Assembly (NCBI GenBank): GCA_050115495.1
Contig: JASFQK010000001.1
Span: 160,001 to 224,000, forward strand
Direction: 5' to 3'
DNA: 64,000 bases
From: Phycisphaerae bacterium
GTDB lineage: Bacteria > Planctomycetota > Phycisphaerae > UBA1845 > Fen-1342
Shown here: one piece after another, positions 39,417-49,101 of the stretch
Numbering within the stretch: the first letter of the stretch is position 1
Layout: the number at the start of each line of letters is the position of its first letter
Notes under the pieces: model-generated
Told to the model about the DNA's origin: nothing
Database searches by the model: none
The model's input: only the letters and a program-made list of their open reading frames with translations
Position numbers and translations under genes: made by a program

Positions 39417-40061
39417 TCAGCCGGCGCCGAAGAGCCGTCCGATCACCTGGCCGCCCAGGGTGCACAGGACGTAGCCGCCACAGATAACCAGGGCGAGCAC
39501 ACTGCGCCAGACGGCGCCGGCGCGATGCCAGAGGGCGGCGATAGCCAGGGCGCTGCCGGCGATGGCGACGAAGAAGCTGCCGAACAGGATCGCGAGGAAC
39601 CAGGGCTCCTTGGCGAGCTCCAGGGTGGCGGCTTCGGTGGCCGCCGAGATCTCTTTCTGTGTGACGTCGCGGCTGGTGGGCTGCGAGGCGGTGTCGATGC
39701 CGAGTTTCGCGCTCATGCGGGCGAGCAGATGGAACATCGCGGTGCCAGCGAGCACGGCGAGCAGGAGGGTGCAGGCCAGGGCGAAGTTGGCGTAGGCGGC
39801 GGCGGCGCGTCGCCGGCGGAGTGCCGGCAGCGGTGGGGCCCCGACGAGCAGGCTGTCGACCGGTGCTGGGGGAAGTTCAGACGGGGTCAGCGTGGATGAT
39901 TCGGCCGGCCGGGCGGTGGGGACGCTTTCCGGCTCGTAGGTTGAGGCCGCCGGGACGGTGACGACCTGCTGGCAATAGGGACAGGCAGCGCGGCGGCCGG
40001 CGAACTCGTCGTCCACCTCGATGGGGTGGCTGCATCCGGGGCAACAGAACTGGATCGACAT
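39417..40061 (-). CDS. Zinc-ribbon membrane protein
   Basis: IQFCCPGC...AGRRAACPYC...VP; three TM segments. Confidence 0.75.
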   Translation of the reverse strand: MSIQFCCPGCSHPIEVDDEFAGRRAACPYCQQVVTVPAASTYEPESVPTARPAESSTLTPSELPPAPVDSLLVGAPPLPALRRRRAAAAYANFALACTLLLAVLAGTAMFHLLARMSAKLGIDTASQPTSRDVTQKEISAATEAATLELAKEPWFLAILFGSFFVAIAGSALAIAALWHRAGAVWRSVLALVICGGYVLCTLGGQVIGRLFGAG

Positions 40062-40175
40062 GGGCGCGGGTCCAGGGGGCGGCGCGGCGGCCGGGCACAG
40101 TGTCCGGCGAAGCGGGCGCCGCGATCTGGCGCGATGATAAGCGGGGGCGGGGCCGCTGGCCACCGCACGGGGCGG

Positions 40176-41402
40176 CTACTCGTAGCGCAGGGCGTCGACC
40201 GGGTCGAGGCGGCTGGCCTTCAGCGCCGGGTACAGACCGCTGAGCACGCCGACAATGGTGGCGGTGGCGACGGCGGTGATGGTGACCATGGGGGTGACCT
40301 GCGTGCGGAAGAAGCCGACGATCATCTTGTTGAGCAGGTCGGCGAACATCCCGCCCAGGAGCAGGCCGAAGCCGCCGCCGAGCAGGCTGATGATGAGGGC
40401 CTCGACGAGGAACTGGATGAGGATGTCGCCGCGGCGGGCGCCGACAGCCATGCGCACGCCGATCTCGCGCGTCCGTTCGGTGACGGAGACGAGCATGATG
40501 TTCATGATGCCGATGCCGCCGACGAGGAGGGAGATGCCGGCGATGCTGTAGAAGACGATCTTGTAGATCAGCATGAGCTGATTGAAGTTCTGGAGCGACT
40601 CTTCCTGGTTGTAGACGCGGAAGTCGTCGGGCTGGCCGGGGCGAATGCGGTGGGCGCTGCGCAGCAGGCGGGTGACCTGCTTCTGCGTCTGCTCCATGCG
40701 GGAGGAGTCGACGACGCCGATCGTGACGCGGTTGAGCCACCGGCGGTTGAAGATGCGCTTGAGGCCGGCCTTGATGGGGATATAGACGGCCTCGTCGGCG
40801 TCGAGGAAGCCGAGGGAGCCCTTCTTCTCCATGACGCCGACGACACGGAAGGCCCGCTCACCGACCTTGACGATCTGGCCGACGGGATCCATGCCACCGA
40901 AGAGCTCGTCGGCGACCTTGGCCCCGAGACAGACGACGGACGCGCCTTCATCCTCGCTTTGGCTGCGGGTGATGGCCTCGCCGAGCACGGCCTCGAAGGC
41001 GTGCATGGTGAAGTACTCGTTGGACGTGGCGATGACGCTCGCGCCGGGGAAGGAGTTCTGGTAGTACTTGATGAGGGAGCTGCCGACGCACTCCGGGGCG
41101 ATGGTGTCGATGTCCTTGGCCATCTCCCGGCGGAGCATGCGTACGTCCTCGAGCGTGAGCGTCTGGGCCGAGCCGACGGGGCGGCCCTCGACGAAGGCCA
41201 CGTCGGGCGTCACGTAGAGCAGGTTCGAGCCGAGGGACTTGAAGCGCTTGGCGATGTCGTTGGAGAAGCCCTCCAGGATCGACATGCAGGCCACGACCGA
41301 GGCCACGCCGATGAGCACGCCGAGCGTGGCCAGCAGCGAGCGCAGAAAGTGTGAGTCGAGGCTGCGCAGAGCCGTCCAGGCGAGTCGCAGATAGAAGAAC
41401 AT
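40176..41402 (-). CDS. MacB/FtsX-like ABC permease
   Basis: RSLLATLGVLIGVASV, GGIGIMNIMLVSVTERTREIG, DPVDALRYE. Confidence 0.93.
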   Translation of the reverse strand: MFFYLRLAWTALRSLDSHFLRSLLATLGVLIGVASVVACMSILEGFSNDIAKRFKSLGSNLLYVTPDVAFVEGRPVGSAQTLTLEDVRMLRREMAKDIDTIAPECVGSSLIKYYQNSFPGASVIATSNEYFTMHAFEAVLGEAITRSQSEDEGASVVCLGAKVADELFGGMDPVGQIVKVGERAFRVVGVMEKKGSLGFLDADEAVYIPIKAGLKRIFNRRWLNRVTIGVVDSSRMEQTQKQVTRLLRSAHRIRPGQPDDFRVYNQEESLQNFNQLMLIYKIVFYSIAGISLLVGGIGIMNIMLVSVTERTREIGVRMAVGARRGDILIQFLVEALIISLLGGGFGLLLGGMFADLLNKMIVGFFRTQVTPMVTITAVATATIVGVLSGLYPALKASRLDPVDALRYE

Positions 41403-41411
41403 ATCACTCCA

Positions 41412-42479
41412 CTACATCAATCGGCGACGCGGCCAGGACGCGCAGCGCAGGCCGGCCAGGGCCGCCGCGCCGACGAGGAACTCAAAGCCAAACAAACCGC
41501 ACGCCGGCAGGATCGGCGTGGCGCTGGGGAAGGCAGCGGTTCCGGTGGGATTGGCCCGCTCGGCCTCGAGGGCGGTGATGAACTTGCTCGCGGCGGAGGC
41601 GCTCTGGGCGGCGCTGATCACCTCCTGGATGGAGTCCACGGGCGTGCCGACGATGGCGCTGACGCCCACCTGGTCGGTGGCGTTGGCTGCCTCGACCTCG
41701 ACCGTGGCCCGCAACGAGAACTCCTCGCCGATCGTCACCGGGTAGTCGTAGGCGATGCGCAGGCTGGGGATGATCAGCACTTCGAAGACCTCGAAGTCGT
41801 CGACGAAGGAGGCGAGGTTGGTGCGGATGAGCGTGGTCGTCGGGAAATCGCCCTCGGCGACGCGACTGACGGCGCCGGCGGCGGCGCCTTCGAGGCCGAC
41901 GCGGCCGGAGAAGACCGTTTCACTGCCGGTCGGCGTCGTCTGGACGACCGTGACGCGCAGGTAGACGCTGGCGCCGGTCAGGTCGCGGGCGGCGACGGGG
42001 CTGAAGACGGCGAGGGCGCCGTCGATGTAGAGCCGGCCGATGACGGTAAGCGTGTCGCCGTCCTGCCGGCCGGGGAAGTCCTCGGTGGTGAAGATGATGC
42101 CGCGCGTTTCCTGCGACGAGGCCTGTGCCGTGTAGCGGATATCCGGCGAGATGCTCAGCAGGGCCAGATTGACCGCGAACTCTTCAGGGTTGGACAGGCT
42201 CAGTTCGCCGGGATCGGCTAACTGCGCGGCGACCGCGGCGGCGGCGGGGTCGTCCCCTTGGTACAGCAGTCTGACGACCGCCTGCACCGGGAGCGTTATG
42301 CCGGTAGAGGGGTATTGGAGGTTGATCGTGTCGCTGACGCCGGCCTGGTCATTCACGTACTCGTGCACGGTGACGGAGACGGCGCCGGTGGTCGAGGTGA
42401 CCTCGGCCCGAGTCTGCATGACCGGCAGCAGCAAGAGCACGCCCACTACGAGGATCCAGCTTGTCTTTCGCGCCTGCAT
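41412..42479 (-). CDS. Secreted protein with C-terminal Cys-Gly/TM/Arg-rich tail
   Basis: Signal MQARKTSWILVVGVLLLLP; C-terminus PACGLFGFEFLVGAAALAGLR...RRR. Confidence 0.7.
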   Translation of the reverse strand: MQARKTSWILVVGVLLLLPVMQTRAEVTSTTGAVSVTVHEYVNDQAGVSDTINLQYPSTGITLPVQAVVRLLYQGDDPAAAAVAAQLADPGELSLSNPEEFAVNLALLSISPDIRYTAQASSQETRGIIFTTEDFPGRQDGDTLTVIGRLYIDGALAVFSPVAARDLTGASVYLRVTVVQTTPTGSETVFSGRVGLEGAAAGAVSRVAEGDFPTTTLIRTNLASFVDDFEVFEVLIIPSLRIAYDYPVTIGEEFSLRATVEVEAANATDQVGVSAIVGTPVDSIQEVISAAQSASAASKFITALEAERANPTGTAAFPSATPILPACGLFGFEFLVGAAALAGLRCASWPRRRLM

Positions 42480-42559
42480 GATTGGCACTCCGTGGAGCCC
42501 GGCGTAGAGAGGTCCGCGGCGGCCCGTCCGCCCGAGCGTAGGCTGTAGCATAGCGCCAA

Positions 42560-42641
42560 AGGGGCGAAGGGGCAAAGGGGGGGAAGGGGCAGAGGGGTGA
42601 AGGAGCAAAGGAGCAGAGGAGCAAAGGAGCAAAGGGGCAGA
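42560..42641 (+). repeat. Degenerate octamer tandem repeat (GGAGCAAA/GGGGCAGA), about 10 units
   Basis: ggagcaaaggagcagaggagcaaaggagcaaaggggcaga read directly in the intergenic space. Confidence 0.8.
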
Positions 42642-42667
42642 TTGCGGCGCGCGGGGCCACGCTCCGG

Positions 42668-43411
42668 TCAGGCAGGTACCGGCGGCGCGGCGCGGCGGGC
42701 GCGGGACCAGAGCCAGCGGCCGCCGACGGCGAGGATGACCAGGCCGACCTGGATCGCCAGGATCTGGACGGCGCTGAGATGCATGAACACCGAGAACGTG
42801 GCGAACAGCACGTAGCGCGGGCCGCGGCCGACCGCGTAGGCCAGAGCGAAGCGCACGCGCGAGTACTGCCGGAGCGCGGCCAGCCAGCGGACGGCGTCGA
42901 TCGGAATGGGGATGAAGCCAATCAGGGCCAGTGTGCGGAACGGGGCGGCGTCGAACCAGCGGATGGCCCAGGCATAGACGCGCGTGGCTCGCACCCGCCG
43001 ACCGAGGCCGTAACGCAGCAGCACGTTCAGCACATGGTATTCGCTCAGGTTGGCGACGACCGTGCCGGCGGTGCCCACCGTGGCCACGACCAGCACGGCT
43101 AGCACCGGCGATTGGAACAGGCCGGCTTCGGGTGAGGCCAGGTATAGGACGATCCACGCTGTCGGCAGCGGCAGGAAGACGTTGCAGAGCGACAGGTAGA
43201 AGCAGGCCAGCGCCAGGACCCAGGCGACCAGCGCCGCCGGCTGGTTGGCTTCGCCCCGGGCAAACATGGTCAGGGCCAGCCCGGCCAGACCGCCCATCCA
43301 CAAGACGAAGAAGACGAACCAAGCCCGCAGGCCCGGGAGCGGGTGTTCCGGGTCGGGCGCGGCGGCCGTCAACAGGGCCACCGTCGGCGTTTCAGTCGAC
43401 GAAGCGGCCAT
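42668..43411 (-). CDS. DedA/VTT-like membrane protein
   Basis: FLPLPT, FIPIPIDAVR, FALAYAVGRGPRY. Confidence 0.7.
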   Translation of the reverse strand: MAASSTETPTVALLTAAAPDPEHPLPGLRAWFVFFVLWMGGLAGLALTMFARGEANQPAALVAWVLALACFYLSLCNVFLPLPTAWIVLYLASPEAGLFQSPVLAVLVVATVGTAGTVVANLSEYHVLNVLLRYGLGRRVRATRVYAWAIRWFDAAPFRTLALIGFIPIPIDAVRWLAALRQYSRVRFALAYAVGRGPRYVLFATFSVFMHLSAVQILAIQVGLVILAVGGRWLWSRARRAAPPVPA

Positions 43412-44066
43412 CACGCATTTGCAGGATGCGGTCGGCGGCGACCGCGAGGTGCTCGTTGTGGGTGATCATCACGATGGTCTGCTGCCACTCGCGGTGGAAG
43501 TCGCTGAGCAGGTCGAGGACGGCGCTGGCGTTGGCGGTGTCGAGGTTGCCGGTGGGCTCGTCCGCCAGGAGCAACGCCGGCCGGCCGACCAGGGCCCGGG
43601 CGATGGCGAAACGCTGCTGCTGGCCGACGGAGAGTTGGCCGGGCTTCTTGCCGGCCTGCTCTTCGAGGCCGACGCGGCGGATGAGGGCGTCGGCTTGACC
43701 GTCGGGAGCGGTCCTGCGGATCTTCAGCGGCAGGGCCACATTCGCCCGGGCGCTGATCGTCGGCAGCAGGTTGAAGCGCTGAAACACGAAGCCGAGGGCA
43801 TCGCGGCGGAGCCGGGCCCGGGCGACGTCCGCCAGTCCGAGCGTCTCCTGCCCTGCCACGCGCACGGAAGCGGCCCGCGTCGGCGGCATCATCAGGCCGA
43901 GGATGTTGAGCAGCGTGGTCTTGCCACAGCCTGATGGTCCCATAACCACAACAAACTCACCCCGGCGGACCTGGAGGTCGATGCCGTGCAGCACCGGCTC
44001 GTCCACCGCCCCGAGGCGGTACGTGTGGTGCACGTCGCGGATGTCAATCATCAGCTCGTCGGTCAT
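43392..44066 (-). CDS. ABC ATP-binding protein (LolD/MacB type)
   Basis: GPSGCGKTT, FVFQRFNL, LSVGQQQR, ADEPTGNLD, ITHN. Confidence 0.93.
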   Translation of the reverse strand: MTDELMIDIRDVHHTYRLGAVDEPVLHGIDLQVRRGEFVVVMGPSGCGKTTLLNILGLMMPPTRAASVRVAGQETLGLADVARARLRRDALGFVFQRFNLLPTISARANVALPLKIRRTAPDGQADALIRRVGLEEQAGKKPGQLSVGQQQRFAIARALVGRPALLLADEPTGNLDTANASAVLDLLSDFHREWQQTIVMITHNEHLAVAADRILQMRDGRFVD

Positions 44067-45301
44067 TCGTAGCTCAGGGCGACCGCCGGCTCGAGCCGGG
44101 CGGCGCGGTATCCGGGGTAGGCAGCACTGAGCGCCCCGCCGACAACACCCAGGGCCACGGCCACCAGCAGTAGACCGGCGCTGAGGTCGACGGTCAGGAG
44201 CGGGCGGGCCACGCCGATGCCCCACTTGGCGGCGAAGGCCAGGCCGATGCCGATGGCCACCCCCCCGCCGGAGACGATGAGGGCCTCGTGCAGCGATAGG
44301 CGGAGCAGGTCCCAGCGGGTCATGCCGAGGGATTTGAGGATGCCGATCTCGCGGGTGCGCTCGACCACCATGGTGTACATGGTGAGCAGGATGAAGAGGA
44401 AGCAGACGACGAGGGCCAGGCCGCTGGTCGCCGTCATGTAAGTGTTTATCTGGGCGAAGCTTTCGTGCAGGAGCCGGCCGTATTCGGTCTTGAGCTCGAC
44501 GCGGGCTTCGCTGCCGAGAGTGGCCTGGAAGGCGTCGGCGGCGCGGGCCGGATCGAGGCCCGGGCGAAGCTGGATGAAGAACATGCTCGACCACGGGTCG
44601 CCGCCGTTGAGCATCTCGCGCAGGGTCTGCAGGGGGGCGAAGACGCGGCCGGCGACGCCGGCTTCGACGACCCCGACGATCCGGAAGGCCCGGCCCATCA
44701 GGCGGATCTCGTCGCCGAGGGCGTATGGCCGGTGCTCGCCAGTGGCGGGGTCGGCAAAGCCGGCGCTGCGCAGGCGGTCGTCGATGATGAGCTCGAGGCC
44801 GTCGGCGAGGTCCTCGTCGGGCAGCGGCTCGGCGCGAACGATCTCGTCCGTGGGCTGGTTGCGGGCGGCGACCTTGGCCGCCAGGAGCGGGGCGCGGTCG
44901 AAAGCCTTGCCGGCCAGCACCCGGCGCGGGCCGAGGAACAGCTTCATCTGGGCGGGGTCGACGCCGAAGACGCGCTGCTGCTGCCCGGCCATCTTCACCT
45001 GTCCGAAGAAGACGGGGATGACGTTGGCGGCGAGGGGGCCCTGCTCGTCGGCGAGGCGGGCGATGTGCCGCTCGAAGACGCCGGGGAACGGGGCGCCGTT
45101 GGTGAAGATGATGTTGTCCTGGGCGGGGAGGACGACGAGCTCGGCGTTGACGCTCTGGAGCCGGTCATTGACCTCGGCGATGGAGCCGTTGGCTAGGCCC
45201 TTCGATACGAGCATGAGCGTGATACCCAGGCCGACGGCGAGGGCGCTGAGCGCCGTGCGCAGCTTGTGGTGCATCAGGTTGGCCCAGGCCAGAGCGAGCA
45301 T
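44063..45301 (-). CDS. FtsX/MacB-like ABC permease
   Basis: VERTREIGILKSLG, YRAARLEPAVALSYE. Confidence 0.9.
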   Translation of the reverse strand: MLALAWANLMHHKLRTALSALAVGLGITLMLVSKGLANGSIAEVNDRLQSVNAELVVLPAQDNIIFTNGAPFPGVFERHIARLADEQGPLAANVIPVFFGQVKMAGQQQRVFGVDPAQMKLFLGPRRVLAGKAFDRAPLLAAKVAARNQPTDEIVRAEPLPDEDLADGLELIIDDRLRSAGFADPATGEHRPYALGDEIRLMGRAFRIVGVVEAGVAGRVFAPLQTLREMLNGGDPWSSMFFIQLRPGLDPARAADAFQATLGSEARVELKTEYGRLLHESFAQINTYMTATSGLALVVCFLFILLTMYTMVVERTREIGILKSLGMTRWDLLRLSLHEALIVSGGGVAIGIGLAFAAKWGIGVARPLLTVDLSAGLLLVAVALGVVGGALSAAYPGYRAARLEPAVALSYE

Positions 45302-45370
45302 GGCAATCCGTTACCGTTTCAGCCCCGAGGGCCACGGTACGGGTGCGGCAGTGGCGCGTCAACGCGCGGC

Positions 45371-46093
45371 TCAGGCGCGGAGGGCTTCGTCGGGAGGCGT
45401 CTGGTCGTGGAGTTGGCCGAGGGCCACGAGGGCGTGCCAGGCGGCTTTCTGTTCCGCTTCCTTCTTGTTGGGGCCCCAGGCGCTGGGGAAGTGGCGGTGG
45501 CCGATGGACACGGCGATCTCGAAGCACTTGGCGTGGTCGGGCCCCTGCTCGTCGAGCAGCGTGTAGGACGGCGTCTGGCCGAGCTCGCGCTGCGCGAACT
45601 GCTGGAGCTGGGACTTGAAGTTGAACTGGTGCTCGGACTCGGTGGCCCGCTCGATCTCGCCGGCCATGTGCTGGGTGATGAACGCGTGCGCCGCGTCGAA
45701 ACCGCCGTCGAGGTAAACGGCGGCGATGAGGGCTTCGAGGGCGGCGGCGGCCAGTGAGCGGGGCAGGTACTCGCCGACGTCCATCCCCTGCCCGCAGCGC
45801 AGGACCTCGGTCAGGCGCAGCTTGTCGGCCACGCGAGCGCAGGCCCGCCGGGAGACGACCGCCGATTTGATCTTGGTCATCTCGCCTTCCATGGCCTCGG
45901 GTAGGTTGTCATAAAGGGTGTGGCAGACCACGAGGCCGAGGACGGCGTCGCCGAGAAATTCGAGGCGTTCGTTGCTGGTCTGTCTGGTGGCGGCGTGGGA
46001 GGAGTGGGTCATGGCGGCCCGGAGCAGTCCCACGTCCTGAAACTGGTAACCGATGCGCTCCTGGCAGGCTTGGAGAGCTTCCTCGCTAGGCAT
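45371..46093 (-). CDS. rnc: Ribonuclease III
   Basis: NERLEFLGDAVL, EALIAAVYLDGG, dsRBD KSQLQ...KKEAEQKAA. Confidence 0.96.
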   Translation of the reverse strand: MPSEEALQACQERIGYQFQDVGLLRAAMTHSSHAATRQTSNERLEFLGDAVLGLVVCHTLYDNLPEAMEGEMTKIKSAVVSRRACARVADKLRLTEVLRCGQGMDVGEYLPRSLAAAALEALIAAVYLDGGFDAAHAFITQHMAGEIERATESEHQFNFKSQLQQFAQRELGQTPSYTLLDEQGPDHAKCFEIAVSIGHRHFPSAWGPNKKEAEQKAAWHALVALGQLHDQTPPDEALRA

Positions 46094-46306
46094 GTCTCAG
46101 TCCCTTTGCCGGGACCGATGACGCAAGGCGTCACGAGGGGTTCGGGGCGCGTTGCGTCAGCGGTCACTCGGGCAGAAACCTTATGTCCGCACATCGGCAC
46201 CATCGGCCGGAGCGGGCACAAAGCCTTAATCTACCACATTTTGCAGCGGGGCGTTGGGGAACTCTGCGGGAAATCCGGAGGGCAGCCACGCGGGCGTGAC
46301 GGGGGC

Positions 46307-46335
46307 TTGTCAGGGCTGGGCGGGTGTGCTATGCT
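46307..46335 (+). promoter_or_regulatory. Sigma70 promoter for the small basic protein gene
   Basis: TTGTCA-N17-TATGCT with extended TG. Confidence 0.6.
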
Positions 46336-46363
46336 TGCGGGACTTGTCACGGGAGAGCGGATT

Positions 46364-46591
46364 ATGTCGATCGATCGTTCGCTGCACAGCCGAAGCTCGC
46401 TGGTGCGTCACCGCAATGTGTTGACGCGGGCGGAGCGGGTGGAGCGGCTGAAAACGCAGGAGCGTTTCGCCGAGGACCAGCCGGTACTGGGCTTGCCAAA
46501 AGTAGCCAACTATAAGCCTCGTGCGGGCAAGAAGAAGGCTCCGCCGAAGGGCGAAGGCACCGAGGCTGCGGCCGCCACGCCGGCCAGCTAG
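46364..46591 (+). CDS. PVC superphylum signature 'small basic protein'
   Basis: MSIDRSL...RHRNVLTRAERVERLK...GLPKV with Lys-rich tail; GGAG ribosome-binding site. Confidence 0.88.
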   Translation: MSIDRSLHSRSSLVRHRNVLTRAERVERLKTQERFAEDQPVLGLPKVANYKPRAGKKKAPPKGEGTEAAAATPAS

Positions 46592-46782
46592 GCGATTGCT
46601 CGGCCGGGGGGTGCATCACGGGAATGTGAGACGGTTTCGTGGTGGCCGTTTAGCGTCCGATAACTATAACATACAGGGTCGGGGGTCTGGCGGTTGGGTA
46701 ACTGCGACAGTGGGCGTCGCAGCCACCTGACCGGCTCTGTTTGTTTGTTGGTCGGTCCGCGGTGAGCAGCCGGCCCTGCGCC

Positions 46783-46803
46783 GGCGGGTGGAGCCCGCCC
46801 TAC
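46783..46803 (-). repeat. GTAG-type REP-like palindrome
   Basis: GTAG-GGCGGG-CTCCA-CCCGCC. Confidence 0.6.
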
Positions 46804-46906
46804 CTTGTCGCCGGCTGGCCGAGAAAAAATCGCCACAGCGAACCGGGGACGTCCCGGGTCGTATTGGATAAACGGTTCATGGTTTGCGCCAGCGGCTGAC
46901 CCTCGT

Positions 46907-46934
46907 TTGACAACGGATTGTTAGTGCTTACAGT
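46907..46934 (+). promoter_or_regulatory. Candidate sigma70 promoter for the P-type ATPase
   Basis: TTGACA-N16-TACAGT. Confidence 0.5.
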
Positions 46935-47047
46935 CTCACGTCTTGCCGGCACCACCGCCCCGGTTCAGCGGGGATGGTGTACCCGCCCAGGCAAGTTCCG
47001 TTCGCGCGCAGACCTATACGTTTCGCTTTCGACATAAGTGGTGCGGC

Positions 47048-49021
47048 ATGGCACACGACCATCTGAAGTCCGAGACCGGCCGGGCGACGACGAAACTCGT
47101 CGCCACGCTGCTCGGCGGCGTGCTCGTTCTAATGTCCTTCGTCGCCGACTGGCTATTCCCCAGCGACGCGGCCCCTGGCCAGGGGGGGGCTGCAAACGTT
47201 TACGCGGCCATGTTGGCGGCTGTCGGGGCCCTGCTGCTGGCGGCGCCGTTGTGGGTGCACGCGGCGAAGTGCCTGCTGAGCGGCCACCTGCACATGGATG
47301 AGCTGGTCGCGCTGGCGATCCTGGCCGCCATGGCCCAGGGCGAGTATCAGACGGCGGGTGTGGTGGCGTTCTTCCTGCTGCTCAGCAACCTGATCGAGAC
47401 CCGGACTGCCCTGGGTGCCCGGGCGGCGATACAGAGTCTGATCCGGTTGACGCCGACCAAGGCGCGGCGGCTCCTGCCGGAGGGCGGCGAAGAGGTGGTC
47501 GAGGCCCACGCCTTGCGTCCGGACGATATCGTGCTGGTGCGTCCGGGCGATAATGTGCCGGCGGACGGGCGGATCATCTCGGGGTATTCGACGCTCAACG
47601 AGGCCAACATCACCGGCGAATCGTTGCCGGTGGAGAAGGGCGAGGGAGCGGAGGTCTTCGGCGGAACGAGCAACGTGACCGGCGCGCTGCAGGTGCGGGT
47701 GACCAAGGTCGGCGCCGACACGACACTGGGACGCGTCCAGGAGCTGATTCTGGATGCGGAGCGGACGAAGATCCCGCTGATGCGCCTGATCGATCAGTAT
47801 GCGGAATGGTATACGCCGGTGATGCTGATGCTGGCCGGCGTGGTGTGGTACTTCACGCGGAATCCGAGCACGACGATTTCGCTGCTGGTGCTCGCCTGTC
47901 CGTGTGCCCTGATCCTGGCGACGCCGACCGCAGTGGTGGCGTCGCTGTCGGCGGCGGCCCGACTGGGTGTCTACATCAAGGATGTGAGCAACCTGGAGTG
48001 GGCACGGCGCCTGACGGCAGTCGTGTTCGACAAAACGGGCACGCTGACCACCGGCGAGCTGGCGGTTACGCGCTTGATGCCGGCGCCGGACGTGCAGGCG
48101 GAAGCACTGCTGGGGGCGGCGGCGTCGCTCGAAAGGCTGAGCACGCACCCGGTGGCCCGGGCGATCTCGACGGTCGCCGACCGGGCCCGAGTGCCGTTGG
48201 AGGAGGCGGCGGGTTTCGAGGAAGTCTCCGGCAAGGGTGTGACCGGTTCGGTCGGTGGCGCGCCGGTGCTCGTGGGTCGGCGGACGTGGATCGCCGACCA
48301 GGGCGTGGACCTGTCACCGCTGGCCGACGAGAAGTACCAGGAGCCGGAGGGTCTGAGCACGCTGTACGTGGCCCGCGGCGGTCGCGTGCTGGGCTGGATC
48401 GGGCTGGAGGACCGGACGCGACCGGAGGCGAGCCAGGCGCTCGAAGAGCTGCGGGCACTGGGTCTGCGGCAGCTCATCATGGTGACCGGCGACCGCTGGT
48501 CAGTGGCCCGGCGGGTGGCCAAGGAGATGGGCTGCTCGGATGTGCAGGCCGAGGTGTTGCCGCAGGACAAGCTGGAACTGGTGGACGCCCTGAAGAAGAA
48601 GGGCCACACGGTGGCGGTGGTGGGTGACGGCGTGAACGATGCGCCGGCCCTGGCCGCCGGCAACCTGGGCGTGGCCATGGGGGCGGCGGGCAGCGACGTG
48701 GCGATGAACAGCGCCAGCGTGGCGCTGATGTCGAACGACCTGCGGCGGCTGCCGTTCCTGGTGAGCCTCTCGCGGGAGACGACGAAGGTCATCTGGCAGA
48801 ACCTGATTTTCGGCGTGTCCTTCATCATCGTGGGCGAGATTCTGACTGTGCAGGGGCAGATCGCGCCCATGTTGGCGGCTGTTCTGCACACGATTTCCTC
48901 GGCTGTCGTTGTGTTCAACAGCGCCCGCATGGTGCGCTTCGGCGAGCACATCGAGTCGCACGTGCCCACGCGGCGGGATGTGGAGCAGCCGGTGGGTCGG
49001 GTGGCCCTGCAATCGGTGTGA
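47048..49021 (+). CDS. Heavy-metal-type P1B ATPase without an N-terminal metal-binding domain
   Basis: TGES, CPC, DKTGTLT, HP, TGD, GDGVNDAP. Confidence 0.93.
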   Translation: MAHDHLKSETGRATTKLVATLLGGVLVLMSFVADWLFPSDAAPGQGGAANVYAAMLAAVGALLLAAPLWVHAAKCLLSGHLHMDELVALAILAAMAQGEYQTAGVVAFFLLLSNLIETRTALGARAAIQSLIRLTPTKARRLLPEGGEEVVEAHALRPDDIVLVRPGDNVPADGRIISGYSTLNEANITGESLPVEKGEGAEVFGGTSNVTGALQVRVTKVGADTTLGRVQELILDAERTKIPLMRLIDQYAEWYTPVMLMLAGVVWYFTRNPSTTISLLVLACPCALILATPTAVVASLSAAARLGVYIKDVSNLEWARRLTAVVFDKTGTLTTGELAVTRLMPAPDVQAEALLGAAASLERLSTHPVARAISTVADRARVPLEEAAGFEEVSGKGVTGSVGGAPVLVGRRTWIADQGVDLSPLADEKYQEPEGLSTLYVARGGRVLGWIGLEDRTRPEASQALEELRALGLRQLIMVTGDRWSVARRVAKEMGCSDVQAEVLPQDKLELVDALKKKGHTVAVVGDGVNDAPALAAGNLGVAMGAAGSDVAMNSASVALMSNDLRRLPFLVSLSRETTKVIWQNLIFGVSFIIVGEILTVQGQIAPMLAAVLHTISSAVVVFNSARMVRFGEHIESHVPTRRDVEQPVGRVALQSV

Positions 49022-49101
49022 TGGTCAATCGGGACGGGACAAGCCGTTTGGGAAGGAAGCGCGGCGGCTCGCCCGGCGACGGCGTGTCGTTGCGCGGCTG
49101 C

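Noticed and set aside
42560..42641. Tandem repeat as a possible CRISPR array
   Set aside because: Contiguous 8-mers with no spacers, and no cas genes in the window
41412..43322. 636-aa ORF, and similarly extended ORFs at 17050, 37256, 43392-44594, 45920 and 53523
   Set aside because: The N-terminal extensions overlap real genes; downstream starts with ribosome-binding sites or family N-termini fit better
46200..46228. Sigma28-like TAAG...GCCGAT upstream of rnc
   Set aside because: Spacing is off consensus; too weak to call
46780..46815. CCCTAC hairpin as a group II intron 3' end
   Set aside because: No domain V consensus and no reverse transcriptase; better explained as a REP-like element
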